From the IMG/VR virus record IMGVR_UViG_2561511241_000008, positions 1 through 43,179 of that record: a DNA stretch of 43,179 nucleotides. One strand, 5' to 3'. The notes beneath the pieces were generated by a model. It was given only the letters and a program-made list of their open reading frames with translations. It made no database searches and was not told where the DNA came from. The first letter of the stretch is position 1, and each line of letters opens with the position of its first letter. The translations under genes were made by a program, and so were the position numbers. Of the stretch, positions 31,471 to 40,840 are shown one piece after another. This DNA comes from a virus (taxonomy: Duplodnaviria > Heunggongvirae > Uroviricota > Caudoviricetes).

Positions 31471-32847
31471 TCATACGTCAGCCCCTTGTGCATATCGTCT
31501 GCCACGCGCAGCAGGTGCATTTGATGCTGTGCAAATCTGTCTGGCTTCATCCTGGTCACATGCCACAAAGTGTCCGTTGCAGAACCGCTGGTAAACCGTA
31601 CCAAGCGAGCCAAAACGGTTTTTCGTCACGATGATTTCAGCAAATGGTGCGGCGCTACTGTTCTCGTCATATACCGCTTCCCGATAGAGCATGATGATTG
31701 AGTCTGCGTCCTGCTCAATGCTTCCTGAATCACGCAAATCTGCGTTTGTCGGGCGTTTGTTTGGTCGCTTCTCAACATCGCGCGAAAGCTGACTCAGGGA
31801 GATAACCGGTGTTTTCAGGTCTTTCGCCATCGCCTTCAGGCTTCCGGAGATGTGAGCAATTGCGAGGTCGTTGCGGTCTGCTTTCGGCTTCTCAATCAGG
31901 CCAAGATAATCCGCCATGATGAGTGACAGGTTTGGATTTTCCTGTTTGTGCCGTTCTGCGATTGAGCGTATTTCCTCGACCGATAACCGCGATGCATCGA
32001 CTACCCATACATCCAAATCCGCAAGCTGATTCATGCCGTTAGCAACGCGTGCCCAGCCCTCGTCATCCATTGATGCAGGATTTCGCAGTACGCTAACCGA
32101 CATCCTCCCGGCGTTGGCAATGCTTCGCTCTGCAATCTGCAATGCGCTCATTTCCATTGAGAAAATCAATACTCCGCGCCGGACGTCAGAACCAGGAATA
32201 ACGCGGCTTGCAACGCCTTCGGCAATCTTCAGCGCCAGTTCGGTTTTCCCCATACCAGGACGAGCAGCGATTATCACCAGGTCTTCCGCGTTCATCCCTC
32301 CGGTGATGGCATCAAGTTCTTCGATTCCGGTCTTCAGGGTATCTGACTCTTCTCCGTTCCTCAGACGCCTGTCAAGCGTGTCAGTGTAGTCAGTAATGAT
32401 TTCCCCTAACCGTACAGGTTTTACCTCGTCACGGGGCTTTCTGATGGCTGAGAGACGCTTTACAAGCTCATCCATCGCCTGACTCGATGCGTCGATGGTT
32501 CCGCTCTGAATTGGTTCACGCATTTCATCCATGATTTCCAGCACCAGACGGCGGTGATAGTTATCCGCGACCATTCCGGCATATCCCTTCAGGTTTGCGG
32601 CACTCGGGCAGTTTTTGCTGGTCATCAGGATTGACGTGAAATGCTCCTCTCCGCACGCCTCGGCAACCATCAGCGCGTCGATTAGGTTTCTGTTTCTCGC
32701 CTGCTTGCGGATAACCTCGAAGGCTTTCCGGTAGAGCGGAATTGAAAACGCTTCCGGCTCCAGCGTTGCCAGAACGTCACTGGCAGTTGGTGTTAATCCA
32801 CCAATCAGCAGGCCACCGATAACGCTCGCTTCGATATCCTGTCTCAT
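31471..32847 (-). CDS. Replicative DNA helicase, DnaB-like (P22 gp12-type)
   Basis: 458 aa; Walker A GMGKT, DnaB-like N-terminus. Confidence 0.85.
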   Translation of the reverse strand: MRQDIEASVIGGLLIGGLTPTASDVLATLEPEAFSIPLYRKAFEVIRKQARNRNLIDALMVAEACGEEHFTSILMTSKNCPSAANLKGYAGMVADNYHRRLVLEIMDEMREPIQSGTIDASSQAMDELVKRLSAIRKPRDEVKPVRLGEIITDYTDTLDRRLRNGEESDTLKTGIEELDAITGGMNAEDLVIIAARPGMGKTELALKIAEGVASRVIPGSDVRRGVLIFSMEMSALQIAERSIANAGRMSVSVLRNPASMDDEGWARVANGMNQLADLDVWVVDASRLSVEEIRSIAERHKQENPNLSLIMADYLGLIEKPKADRNDLAIAHISGSLKAMAKDLKTPVISLSQLSRDVEKRPNKRPTNADLRDSGSIEQDADSIIMLYREAVYDENSSAAPFAEIIVTKNRFGSLGTVYQRFCNGHFVACDQDEARQICTASNAPAARGRRYAQGADV

Positions 32848-33731
32848 GCTATCCCCCTGTCTGCAAACTTCCCTTCCCGTACTCCCGTTAACGAATCTTC
32901 CCTCAGCAGGTAATCAAAATCTGCCGTCCAGCCAGTGTCGTTGTCTCCGAAGTAAAACGGCTTGGCCTGATGTACAAACGCCCTGACATACGCTCTGAAA
33001 CCGTCCACGTTTGGCGTTTTCAGTTGCGGGATGATTTTCTTCAGGCGGCGTTTGCGTTTCTCGTTGACCGCAACAGCGTGTGGCAGTCTGTCACCGACTT
33101 CGGTGTTGTAGGCGTTCAGGAAGGATTCGTAGTCGATTCGTTCTGCCTTGCGACGTTCATGTTTAACCTGCCCATCGCCTCCCCCATTGGGGGGTAGGGG
33201 GGTATTATTTATATTCTTGTTAATACCTTCTTGTTCATGATGTGCGGTTGTTTGTGCGGCTTCATGTGCGCTTTCATGTGCGGCATGTACGCTGAAAGCC
33301 GCGCCATTACTGGCTTCATCATGTGCGGCATCATGTGCGGTTGTTTGTGCGGCTTCATGTGCGGGTGAATTGTCCATTTTTTGAGCATATTCATGGTAAT
33401 TTGTGATGGTGATCACACGACCTTTTTGCTTCTCTCCATCAATGGTGATCATCCCCTCTTTCACAAAAACCTGAAGCATCCGCTCAACCTGATCACGGCT
33501 TGCCGGCTTGCCATGCCTGTCGCATAACTGAAGACCTAAATCAGCTGCTGTCACAACCAGTTGACCGGGTTGCAGATGCCATTCATGACCTTTGAAATTC
33601 GCTTTGTATGGCTTTCTGGCGGCATTCAGGAGAAGGTTTTCCCACAGGGTGCGAAGATAAACATCTTTCGCCCATGACTGTTTCAGAATGCTCCGGTACA
33701 ACGGAATGTAACCAGTTTTCTGGTTCTCCAT
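32844..33731 (-). CDS. Replication initiator (lambda O / P22 gp18-like) containing ori
   Basis: ORF 32844-33791; AGGAG before internal ATG at 33731; internal iterons. Confidence 0.7.
   Translation of the reverse strand: MENQKTGYIPLYRSILKQSWAKDVYLRTLWENLLLNAARKPYKANFKGHEWHLQPGQLVVTAADLGLQLCDRHGKPASRDQVERMLQVFVKEGMITIDGEKQKGRVITITNYHEYAQKMDNSPAHEAAQTTAHDAAHDEASNGAAFSVHAAHESAHEAAQTTAHHEQEGINKNINNTPLPPNGGGDGQVKHERRKAERIDYESFLNAYNTEVGDRLPHAVAVNEKRKRRLKKIIPQLKTPNVDGFRAYVRAFVHQAKPFYFGDNDTGWTADFDYLLREDSLTGVREGKFADRGIA
33185..33370. repeat. Putative origin: iterons ([A/C]ATGTGCGG units) plus adjacent AT-rich tract and G/C-rich near-palindrome
   Basis: about eight tandem copies of a 9-10-bp unit (33236-33370) encoding His/Ala repeats in frame; AT-rich 33190-33235; CCCCCATTGGGGGG nearby. 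Confidence 0.6.
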
Positions 33732-33793
33732 CCTGTTGCTCCTGCGCTCGTGTGCGGCGCTGAAATCGTAGATTTTTGCTGTATTGCTCATAA

Positions 33794-34066
33794 CTACCTG
33801 CCTTGACGAAAGACCTTAAGAACATCGTTAAACTGACTTACGGATATGTCTTCTTTGAGCAGCTTTTCCAGAAATGCGTTTGGAATGAACGTATATCCCT
33901 CCTCTTTTGGTAGAGACGGGAGCAACGCCCTCGCCTCAGCCTTCAGAAGCTCAGTTCTGGCAACTTTCACAAAAGAGATTTGAGTTCTTTCATCAATGGA
34001 ACGAAGGAAGCGCAAACGCTTAGCTTCTTTGTGTGTATCAGGTGGATTAAAGCCTTTGTTTCGCAT
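33794..34066 (-). CDS. Hypothetical protein between cII and initiator
   Basis: ORF 33794-34234, internal start MRNKGF... preferred. Confidence 0.35.
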   Translation of the reverse strand: MRNKGFNPPDTHKEAKRLRFLRSIDERTQISFVKVARTELLKAEARALLPSLPKEEGYTFIPNAFLEKLLKEDISVSQFNDVLKVFRQGR

Positions 34067-34088
34067 ATAATTACCTCGTTGGATGTTG

Positions 34089-34388
34089 TTAAAATTCCAT
34101 TTGTATTTGATCAGAACGCTCGGTCTTGCACACCGGGCGTTTTTTATTGGTGAGTCCATCAAGCGCATACTTAAAAGCCCTGCTAATCGGACTGATGTCT
34201 GATGCCATTCCGAAAGCACACAAGACCGAAGCAATAAATCTCCAGTCCGTTCTGCTTATCTTCGATTCATGACAACCAATCATCTTTGCCAGACCGCGCT
34301 GGGTAAGCGTTGACAGGTTGATGAGTAAATCTGTTTCAGCGCGATCAACGTCGCGCTGTGATAGTTTGCTGTAACTTGTTTGTTCCAT
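34089..34388 (-). CDS. cII: CII-like transcriptional activator
   Basis: C-terminus ...TNKKRPVCKTERSDQIQMEF matches lambda CII tail. Confidence 0.8.
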   Translation of the reverse strand: MEQTSYSKLSQRDVDRAETDLLINLSTLTQRGLAKMIGCHESKISRTDWRFIASVLCAFGMASDISPISRAFKYALDGLTNKKRPVCKTERSDQIQMEF

Positions 34389-34452
34389 TTCTTACTATTT
34401 CCATAGGTAAATAATCACTAATACTCATCTTTCGATGAGTGCTTAATTAGTT

Positions 34453-34487
34453 ACCGCGTTGTCGGCGGTGCAGATTGATAAAGAGCG
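34453..34487 (-). promoter_or_regulatory. nutR candidate (boxA CGCTCTTTA, boxB hairpin with GACAA loop)
   Basis: minus-strand CGCTCTTTA at 34479-34487 immediately after cro stop; ACCGC-CGACAAC-GCGGT hairpin at 34453-34469. Confidence 0.45.
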
Positions 34488-34494
34488 GTGTTAC

Positions 34495-34704
<210 letters not shown>

Positions 34705-34721
34705 TTAGTACATGCAATCAT

Positions 34722-34785
34722 TATCACCGCTAGAGGTAAAATAGTCAACACGCACGGTGTTAGATATTTATCCCTTGCGGTGATA
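34722..34785. promoter_or_regulatory. Right operator OR1-OR2-OR3 with pR/pRM
   Basis: 17-mers at 34722-34738 (TATCACCGCTAGAGGTA), 34746-34762, 34769-34785; pR -35 TTGACT / -10 GATAAT on minus strand. Confidence 0.85.
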
Positions 34786-34792
34786 GATTTAA

Positions 34793-35509
<717 letters not shown>

Positions 35510-35624
35510 TTCCAATTGTGATTTATGAGCAGTCAATTCCGCCAGATTGGTGATGATGACAAGCCGCTATAGCTTAGCTTCAACATGAATACATTCATCG
35601 TAACCACAGCAGGGAGTTTAACGA

Positions 35625-36626
35625 ATGAATTCTATTGAAAATCATGATGTTTATGTGTATACAGGCGATATTCATCGTGATGGTTATCTTGATCTCACCA
35701 ATGAAATCAAGAAACGTAAGTCACAACATGGATTAAAAGAGAATGTTATCTTCTGTGTTGCTACTTATGGCGGTGATCCAAATGCAGGTTATCGTATAGG
35801 TAGAGCTCTACAACACCATTATGAAACGGTAACACTTTTAGTTGTTGGACCATGCAAAAGTGCTGGTACACTAATAGCTATAGCAGCCAATAAACTTGTT
35901 ATTGGTGACATGGGGGAGCTTGGGCCATTAGATATCCAACTGAAAAAAAACGATGAAATAGGTGAGATGAGTTCTGGTTTAGCTATCATGACAGCTCTTG
36001 ATGCTCTAAAGGAACGCTCTATTTCAGCGTTTAACTCACACCTTGTTAAGATAAGATACGAAAATCAGATAAGTACTAAAATGTCTGCTGATATCGCGAC
36101 CAGACTTACAGAAGCGTTGATAGCACCTATGGCCGCACAGATAGATCCAATAAAGCTTGGTGAACATCAGCGCGCAATGAGTATAGCTATCACTTATGGC
36201 CAACGATTAGCAGACAAACCAAGCAGCCTAAAAGAAGGGGCGTTAGGCAAACTAATAGCCTCATATCCTTCACATGGATTTGTTATAGACAGAAAAGAAG
36301 CCAAGGAACTTTTCAAGTGTGTTGAGCATCCTAAAGGTATAACAGAAATACTCTATAATCTTTTCTGTGACAAAATTCATAATGGTGACATTCCAACATT
36401 TGGAAAGCCGAGGGTTATTGATTGTACAACGTATCTACAAAAAGAGGAAAAAGCTAATGCCGAAGAATCTGCAACCGGAGATGGAAATTCTCAACAAGAT
36501 GTTGGAAAGCCAGATCCAAGAAGGTCACGATCTGGCAAAAAAAGCGGAACAACACCTGAACGAGATCAAGAAGGAATTGGAGCCGTATCAATTCAACCAC
36601 CAGATGAACAGCAACCTAATGCATGA
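35625..36626 (+). CDS. ClpP/SppA-fold serine peptidase-like protein in rexAB slot
   Basis: motifs TYGGDPNAGYRIGRAL and VVGPCKSAGTLIAIAA resemble ClpP/SppA-family active-site region; AGGGAG 8 nt before ATG; low-complexity C-terminal tail. Confidence 0.55.
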   Translation: MNSIENHDVYVYTGDIHRDGYLDLTNEIKKRKSQHGLKENVIFCVATYGGDPNAGYRIGRALQHHYETVTLLVVGPCKSAGTLIAIAANKLVIGDMGELGPLDIQLKKNDEIGEMSSGLAIMTALDALKERSISAFNSHLVKIRYENQISTKMSADIATRLTEALIAPMAAQIDPIKLGEHQRAMSIAITYGQRLADKPSSLKEGALGKLIASYPSHGFVIDRKEAKELFKCVEHPKGITEILYNLFCDKIHNGDIPTFGKPRVIDCTTYLQKEEKANAEESATGDGNSQQDVGKPDPRRSRSGKKSGTTPERDQEGIGAVSIQPPDEQQPNA

Positions 36627-36642
36627 TCTCTTTGCTCTGTAA
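36457..36642 (+). CDS. Small 61-aa ORF overlapping the 3' tail of the peptidase-like gene
   Basis: AAGAGGA 8 nt upstream of ATG at 36457; different frame from upstream gene. Confidence 0.4.
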   Translation: MPKNLQPEMEILNKMLESQIQEGHDLAKKAEQHLNEIKKELEPYQFNHQMNSNLMHDLFAL

Positions 36643-36654
36643 TTAATTCCTCAC

Positions 36655-36680
36655 AACCCGGCCTCAGCGCCGGGTTTTCT
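36655..36680 (+). terminator. tImm-like intrinsic terminator
   Basis: AACCCGGC-CTCAGC-GCCGGGTT-TT; same hairpin as recalled for lambda tImm. Confidence 0.65.
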
Positions 36681-36833
36681 TTGCCTCTCGCTCCCCTTTC
36701 CCAACAACACATAACCATTTGTATTTATTGGAAAACTAATAGATACAACTTGCTAAACAGTGCAATTCTGATCCCTCACCTACCTAACAATTCACCCCTG
36801 CAAAAAATAAATCCATATAAAAAACATACAGAT

Positions 36834-36896
36834 AACCATCTGCGGTGATAAATTATCTCTGGCGGTGTTGACACAAATACCACTAGCGGTGATACT
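36834..36896 (+). promoter_or_regulatory. Left operator OL3-OL2-OL1 with pL
   Basis: 17-mers at 36834-36850, 36854-36870, 36878-36894 (TACCACTAGCGGTGATA); -35 TTGACA 36868-36873, -10 GATACT 36891-36896. Confidence 0.85.
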
Positions 36897-36942
36897 AAAC
36901 ACATCAGCAGGAAGCTGGAAGCCAAACGGAACAGATTGGCAG

Positions 36943-36976
36943 GCTCTTTAACTTCGATGGGGCGCTGACAAAGCGC
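36943..36976 (+). promoter_or_regulatory. nutL (boxA GCTCTTTAA, boxB GCGCTGACAAAGCGC, P22-type)
   Basis: boxB hairpin with GACAA loop at 36962-36976, boxA-like 36943-36951, between pL and N. Confidence 0.6.
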
Positions 36977-37095
36977 AAACAGATACCAAACGAGATGGGT
37001 TTGGCGGTGATGTGAATTGCAGCAGCAACGACAGCAACCAGAAGATCAGCATCTGGCGCATTACCACCAAAGCCATTTCACATGAGGAAAATATC

Positions 37096-37404
37096 ATGAC
37101 GGTAATCGTGTACGGAAAATCAACATTTGCAGGAAATGCCAAAACTCGCCGTCATGAGCGGCGCAGAAAGCTGGCTATCGAGCGTGATGCTATATGCAAC
37201 ATCATCGATTCGATCTTCGGCACAGACAGTGAGGAACCTGTTCAGGAAGCCCCGAGAAAGCGTTTAAGCATTTCTGAAAAAGCAATATCACTCGGCATCA
37301 TTAGCAAATCAAATACAGATGCGAATAGCGGAAGCGTTTGTTTGCCTGAAGTTGCACTGTATGCTGCTGGTTACAGAAGGCAAAAACTAATTACAGCGAG
37401 GTAA
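37096..37404 (+). CDS. N: N antiterminator (P22 gp24-like, arginine-rich motif)
   Basis: MTVIVYGKSTFAGNAKTRRHERRRKLAIERD... matches P22 gene 24 product as recalled; GAGGA 7 nt upstream; ORF-track start at 37012 (GTG) rejected. Confidence 0.8.
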   Translation: MTVIVYGKSTFAGNAKTRRHERRRKLAIERDAICNIIDSIFGTDSEEPVQEAPRKRLSISEKAISLGIISKSNTDANSGSVCLPEVALYAAGYRRQKLITAR

Positions 37405-37406
37405 AA

Positions 37407-37685
37407 ATGAAGCCTAGCATAACAATCAAGCCAGCGAGAGATAATAGCAGGAACCGCCGCAGAGAGGCCAGGAAGGCAGAAAGAGCAGAGAAGGAAAACA
37501 AGAGCCGGGAGGAGAGAAAGGCAGAGATTTTGGAAAAAGGAGGATTGGCTGCCGTGAGGGGTGAAAAAGCAGCTGAATTAGCAGTAGCTCACGAAAAGAC
37601 AGAGATTGACAATAATTCTGGTGGAGATGCAATGTTTAAAGTTGTCAATCACGCCCATCAACGAAACCCCAAAAAGAAATGGTAA
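37407..37685 (+). CDS. Hypothetical highly charged 92-aa protein
   Basis: Lys/Glu/Arg-rich ORF directly after N. Confidence 0.4.
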   Translation: MKPSITIKPARDNSRNRRREARKAERAEKENKSREERKAEILEKGGLAAVRGEKAAELAVAHEKTEIDNNSGGDAMFKVVNHAHQRNPKKKW

Positions 37686-37688
37686 TCA

Positions 37689-37710
37689 ACCCGTCCAAGA
37701 CGGGTTTTTT
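37689..37710 (+). terminator. Intrinsic terminator (tL1-like)
   Basis: ACCCGTC-CAA-GACGGGT followed by T6. Confidence 0.65.
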
Positions 37711-37742
37711 ATTGCAAGCAAACCACTTATTTGAGGTGAGAT

Positions 37743-38213
37743 ATGACAAAATCATGGAGCGTACCTTTTCCTGAATCAGAAACTGAACATGAGGGAATGC
37801 CTGTTTTCTGGAGATTCCAAGCGACAGTTGAAGAAGATGGAATCAAAATATTCGCACTTCAATATATAGCTTTTCATCAGACAGAGCATTATGCATGGTT
37901 GGTTCCTGCGCATTGGATTGTTAATTTTAAACCAGCACCAAATCAGTGGTTACAGGAATGGAAACAAAGGAGAAATAGATATGCAATTAAGAAAGTAGCA
38001 AAAAATGCAGAAAGATCTTTTGCATTCCCAACGAAGAAACTTGCTATTGAAAGTTTATTGCGCCGGAAGAAATACCATTTAATGAGGATAAAACAAGATT
38101 TGGCTGTTGTATCAACTCTTGTTGATGGGATGAAAAATATTGATACATCAACACCAGATATTGAATATAACTTTGGACACAACCAAGAAACAGAAAATTG
38201 GGTATTCTACTAG
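37743..38213 (+). CDS. Hypothetical 156-aa protein (AT-rich moron)
   Basis: own RBS GAGGTGAG; AT-rich coding sequence. Confidence 0.5.
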   Translation: MTKSWSVPFPESETEHEGMPVFWRFQATVEEDGIKIFALQYIAFHQTEHYAWLVPAHWIVNFKPAPNQWLQEWKQRRNRYAIKKVAKNAERSFAFPTKKLAIESLLRRKKYHLMRIKQDLAVVSTLVDGMKNIDTSTPDIEYNFGHNQETENWVFY

Positions 38214-38259
38214 GCCGCATAGTCGGCCTTTATTTTTGGCACAAACAACAGAGGTGAAT

Positions 38260-38394
38260 ATGAACGCAGTTGAATTTACAAAATGGATGGCAGAGCAAGA
38301 TATCACAGGAGCCGACGAAAAGGCTGTGTACTACATGGCTCTGCTATGGATTCACAAAGCAAAAGAGGCTGCAAATGCTCTTGGAGATAAGTAA
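38260..38394 (+). CDS. Hypothetical 44-aa protein
   Basis: GAGGTGA before ATG at 38260; inside ORF 38140-38394. Confidence 0.3.
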   Translation: MNAVEFTKWMAEQDITGADEKAVYYMALLWIHKAKEAANALGDK

Positions 38395-38582
38395 TGAAAG
38401 TAAAAATAACTGCTTCTAATACCAGTTTTGTTAGTGCTGGTGATATTACAGAAGTAATAACAAACCATGATGGAACCCAAGTTATGTGGTCTGATTTTTG
38501 TAAAAGATATGAGCGAGTTAGTTGGTGTAAACTCGTATGGGGCGTCGAATACGAAGAATTACCTGAAATGCATGACGAATAA
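38394..38582 (+). CDS. Hypothetical 62-aa protein
   Basis: ORF only. Confidence 0.35.
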   Translation: MKVKITASNTSFVSAGDITEVITNHDGTQVMWSDFCKRYERVSWCKLVWGVEYEELPEMHDE

Positions 38583-38716
38583 GCACTGTGTATTCATTCC
38601 AACGAGTGAATACACGGAGCAATGTCGCTCGTAACCAAACAGGAGCCGACTTGTTCTGATTATTGGAAATCTTCTTTGCCCTCCGGTGTGAGGGCAATTT
38701 TTTTGACGGAGGATAT

Positions 38717-39685
38717 ATGAGTGAAGTAACAGATTTAGTTGTTATTGAAAAAGCAAATGCAATGACTGTATTTCAGTCTGCCGACCAGATTGAAGAAATC
38801 CTTCAAAAGGTTGAACGTGAAGTTATGTCCTTTGTGCCTGATATCACAACGGCAAAGGGCAGAAAGGAGATCGCTTCTCTGGCGTATAAAGTTGCGCAGA
38901 CGAAAACATATCTCGATGGTCTTGGAAAAGACCTTGTTGCTGAACTGAAGGAAATTCCAAAGCTAATTGATGCCAACCGCAAGACAGTGCGCGATCGCCT
39001 TGATGAGCTGAAAGCCAAGGCACGCCAGCCTCTTACTGATTATGAAGAGGAACAGGCGCGAATTAAAGCTGAAGAAGAAGCTAAGGCAGCAGCTGAAGCT
39101 CTCGCAAAGCAAATTGAGTCTGACCATGAAATAGCGATTTTGATGGATCGCGAATTTGACCGCCAAAGAGAAGAGGCAAGACTCAAAGCGGAGCAGGAAA
39201 AGCGAGAGCATGAAGAACGCTTAAAAAGAGAAGCTGAAGAGAAAGCCAGAGCTGAAGCCGAAGCAAAGGCAAAAGCCGAAATTGAAGCAGCAGCAAGGCG
39301 AGAAGCAGAAGCTAAGGCCGCAGCGGAACGTGCAGAGCGTGAACGCATTGAAGCCGAGCAACGAGCACAGCGCGAAACAAAAGAGGCAGCAGAACGAGCT
39401 GAAAGAGAAAAGCAGGCGGCAATTGAAGCAGAACGCCGAAAAGCACAGGAGGAGGCTGAACGAATCCGGCGCGAGGCTGAAGCAAAAGAGCAAGCCAGAA
39501 TAGCAGAAGAAAAAAGAATCAAGGAAGAAGAAGAGCGTAGAGCAAAGGATAAAGCTCACCGGAAAGAAGTAAATAACAAAATACTTGCTGACCTTATCAA
39601 GGTTGGCGCATCAGAAGATGTTGCTAAAAATATCATAACAGCCATCGTAAAAGGCGAAGTATTCGCAACAAAAATAACCTACTAA
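38717..39685 (+). CDS. Coiled-coil protein with Ala/Glu/Lys/Arg-rich repeat core
   Basis: ORF 38663-39685, ATG at 38717 after GGAGGA; central EAKAKAE-type repeats. Confidence 0.5.
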   Translation: MSEVTDLVVIEKANAMTVFQSADQIEEILQKVEREVMSFVPDITTAKGRKEIASLAYKVAQTKTYLDGLGKDLVAELKEIPKLIDANRKTVRDRLDELKAKARQPLTDYEEEQARIKAEEEAKAAAEALAKQIESDHEIAILMDREFDRQREEARLKAEQEKREHEERLKREAEEKARAEAEAKAKAEIEAAARREAEAKAAAERAERERIEAEQRAQRETKEAAERAEREKQAAIEAERRKAQEEAERIRREAEAKEQARIAEEKRIKEEEERRAKDKAHRKEVNNKILADLIKVGASEDVAKNIITAIVKGEVFATKITY

Positions 39686-39709
39686 TAAAACCAACATAAG
39701 GAACCACCC

Positions 39710-39841
39710 ATGATTTACGCAATCGCGGGAGGCGCTCGCATGGGTGCCTTCCAATTAAATGAATCTTTACTTGAACGAATCACCCGTAAATTACGTGACG
39801 GATGGAAAAGAGTTGAGGTCTTGTTATGCGCAATGAAATAG
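39710..39841 (+). CDS. cIII: CIII-like protein
   Basis: hand translation ...ESLLERITRKLRDGWKR... matches lambda CIII core; below ORF-track cutoff. Confidence 0.6.
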   Translation: MIYAIAGGARMGAFQLNESLLERITRKLRDGWKRVEVLLCAMK

Positions 39842-39978
39842 CCATTAATCACCAGATGCTTCGCGCTGCACAAAATAAAGCAGTAATAGCCAGATTTATT
39901 GGTGATTCCAAAATGTGGCTTGAAGCAAATAAAGAGATGAAATCAGCTATCAACCATCCGTGGTATCGCAGGAAATGA
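39826..39978 (+). CDS. kil: Kil-like protein
   Basis: hand translation MRNEIAINHQMLRAAQNKAVIARFIGDSKMWLEANKEMKSAINHPWYRRK; IARFIGDSKMW resembles lambda Kil as recalled. Confidence 0.55.
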   Translation: MRNEIAINHQMLRAAQNKAVIARFIGDSKMWLEANKEMKSAINHPWYRRK

Positions 39979-40145
39979 GTTTTACAGACAACTGGTCAGA
40001 CGAAGAATTCATTCGTCAGATGAAAGAATTAATCGGTAACGAAGGAGATATTCATGTCACTTGCAACCACAGTGAAGGAGAGCAAGTTACAGAGACGCAT
40101 GTACACGCAGCAGGCGTTAATGTATCGCCAGAAGGGAGATCGTGA
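39975..40145 (+). CDS. Hypothetical small protein coupled to kil (ATGA overlap)
   Basis: ORF 39960-40145, ATG at 39975. Confidence 0.3.
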   Translation: MSFTDNWSDEEFIRQMKELIGNEGDIHVTCNHSEGEQVTETHVHAAGVNVSPEGRS

Positions 40146-40234
40146 AGGTGTTCGCGTATTTTTAAATGCGGCAAAGACTGAAGTATTAAATCAGCGTTAT
40201 TTCCTTGGGCCGTGTCCATTCTGAGAACAATCAT

Positions 40235-40840
40235 ATGAGCAAAGAATTTTACGCAAGACTGGCAGCTATTCAGGAGAATCTGAACGCGCCAAAGAATCAG
40301 TACAACTCATTCGGTAAATATAAATACAGAAGCTGCGAAGACATTCTTGAAGGCGTTAAGCCGTTACTGAATGGCCTGTTTTTATCAATCAGCGATGAAG
40401 TTGTGTTGATTGGTGATCGGTATTACGTGAAAGCCACGGCAACTATTACCGATGGTGAAAACAGTCATACGGCAACCGCTCTTGCACGAGAGGAAGAAAG
40501 CAAGAAAGGAATGGATTCTGCACAAGTTACGGGAGCTACAAGCTCTTATGCACGCAAGTATTGCCTCAATGGTTTGTTCGGCATTGATGATGCGAAAGAT
40601 GCAGATACCGACGAGCATAAACATCAGCAGAACGCAGCAGCAAAGCAATCAAAGCCATCACATACACCTGAACAGGTTCTAAAAGCATTCACTGACGCAG
40701 CATTGCAGAAAAACACCGTAGAAGAGCTTAAACAGGCGTTCGCCAAAGCGTGGAAGATGCTCGAAGGCACACCGGAGCAGCACAAAGCGCAGGACGTTTA
40801 CAACATCAGACGAGACGAATTAGAAGGAGCGGCTGCTTAA
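40235..40840 (+). CDS. erf: Erf single-strand annealing protein (P22 Erf-like)
   Basis: MSKEFYARLAAIQENLNAPKNQYNSFGKYKYRSCEDILEGVKPLL... matches P22 Erf as recalled. Confidence 0.85.
   Translation: MSKEFYARLAAIQENLNAPKNQYNSFGKYKYRSCEDILEGVKPLLNGLFLSISDEVVLIGDRYYVKATATITDGENSHTATALAREEESKKGMDSAQVTGATSSYARKYCLNGLFGIDDAKDADTDEHKHQQNAAAKQSKPSHTPEQVLKAFTDAALQKNTVEELKQAFAKAWKMLEGTPEQHKAQDVYNIRRDELEGAAA

Noticed and set aside
33236-33370. Tandem short repeats considered as a possible CRISPR array
   Set aside because: Units are 9-10 bp with no spacers of uniform length, lie in frame inside the initiator gene, and are followed by an AT-rich tract; they are origin iterons.
34423-34440. Hairpin ACTCATC-GAAAG-GATGAGT considered as nutR boxB
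   Set aside because: About 40 nt from boxA and lacks the GACAA loop seen in nutL; the ACCGC-CGACAAC-GCGGT hairpin 10 nt from boxA fits better. It may be part of a terminator before cII.
36367-36456. First 30 codons of ORF 36367-36642 as coding
   Set aside because: No ribosome-binding site at 36367, whereas the internal ATG at 36457 has a strong one; the upstream part is likely just open frame inside the peptidase-like gene.
35625-36642. Looked for rexA/rexB between cI and pL
   Set aside because: Neither ORF resembles RexA (about 279 aa) or the four-TM RexB; the slot holds unrelated genes.
39040-39559. Long minus-strand ORFs (160 aa Ser/Ala-rich and 112 aa Cys/Phe-rich) antisense to the coiled-coil gene
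   Set aside because: They are shadow frames of a low-complexity GAA/GCA-rich repeat; no start context, and the sense strand has clear operon context.
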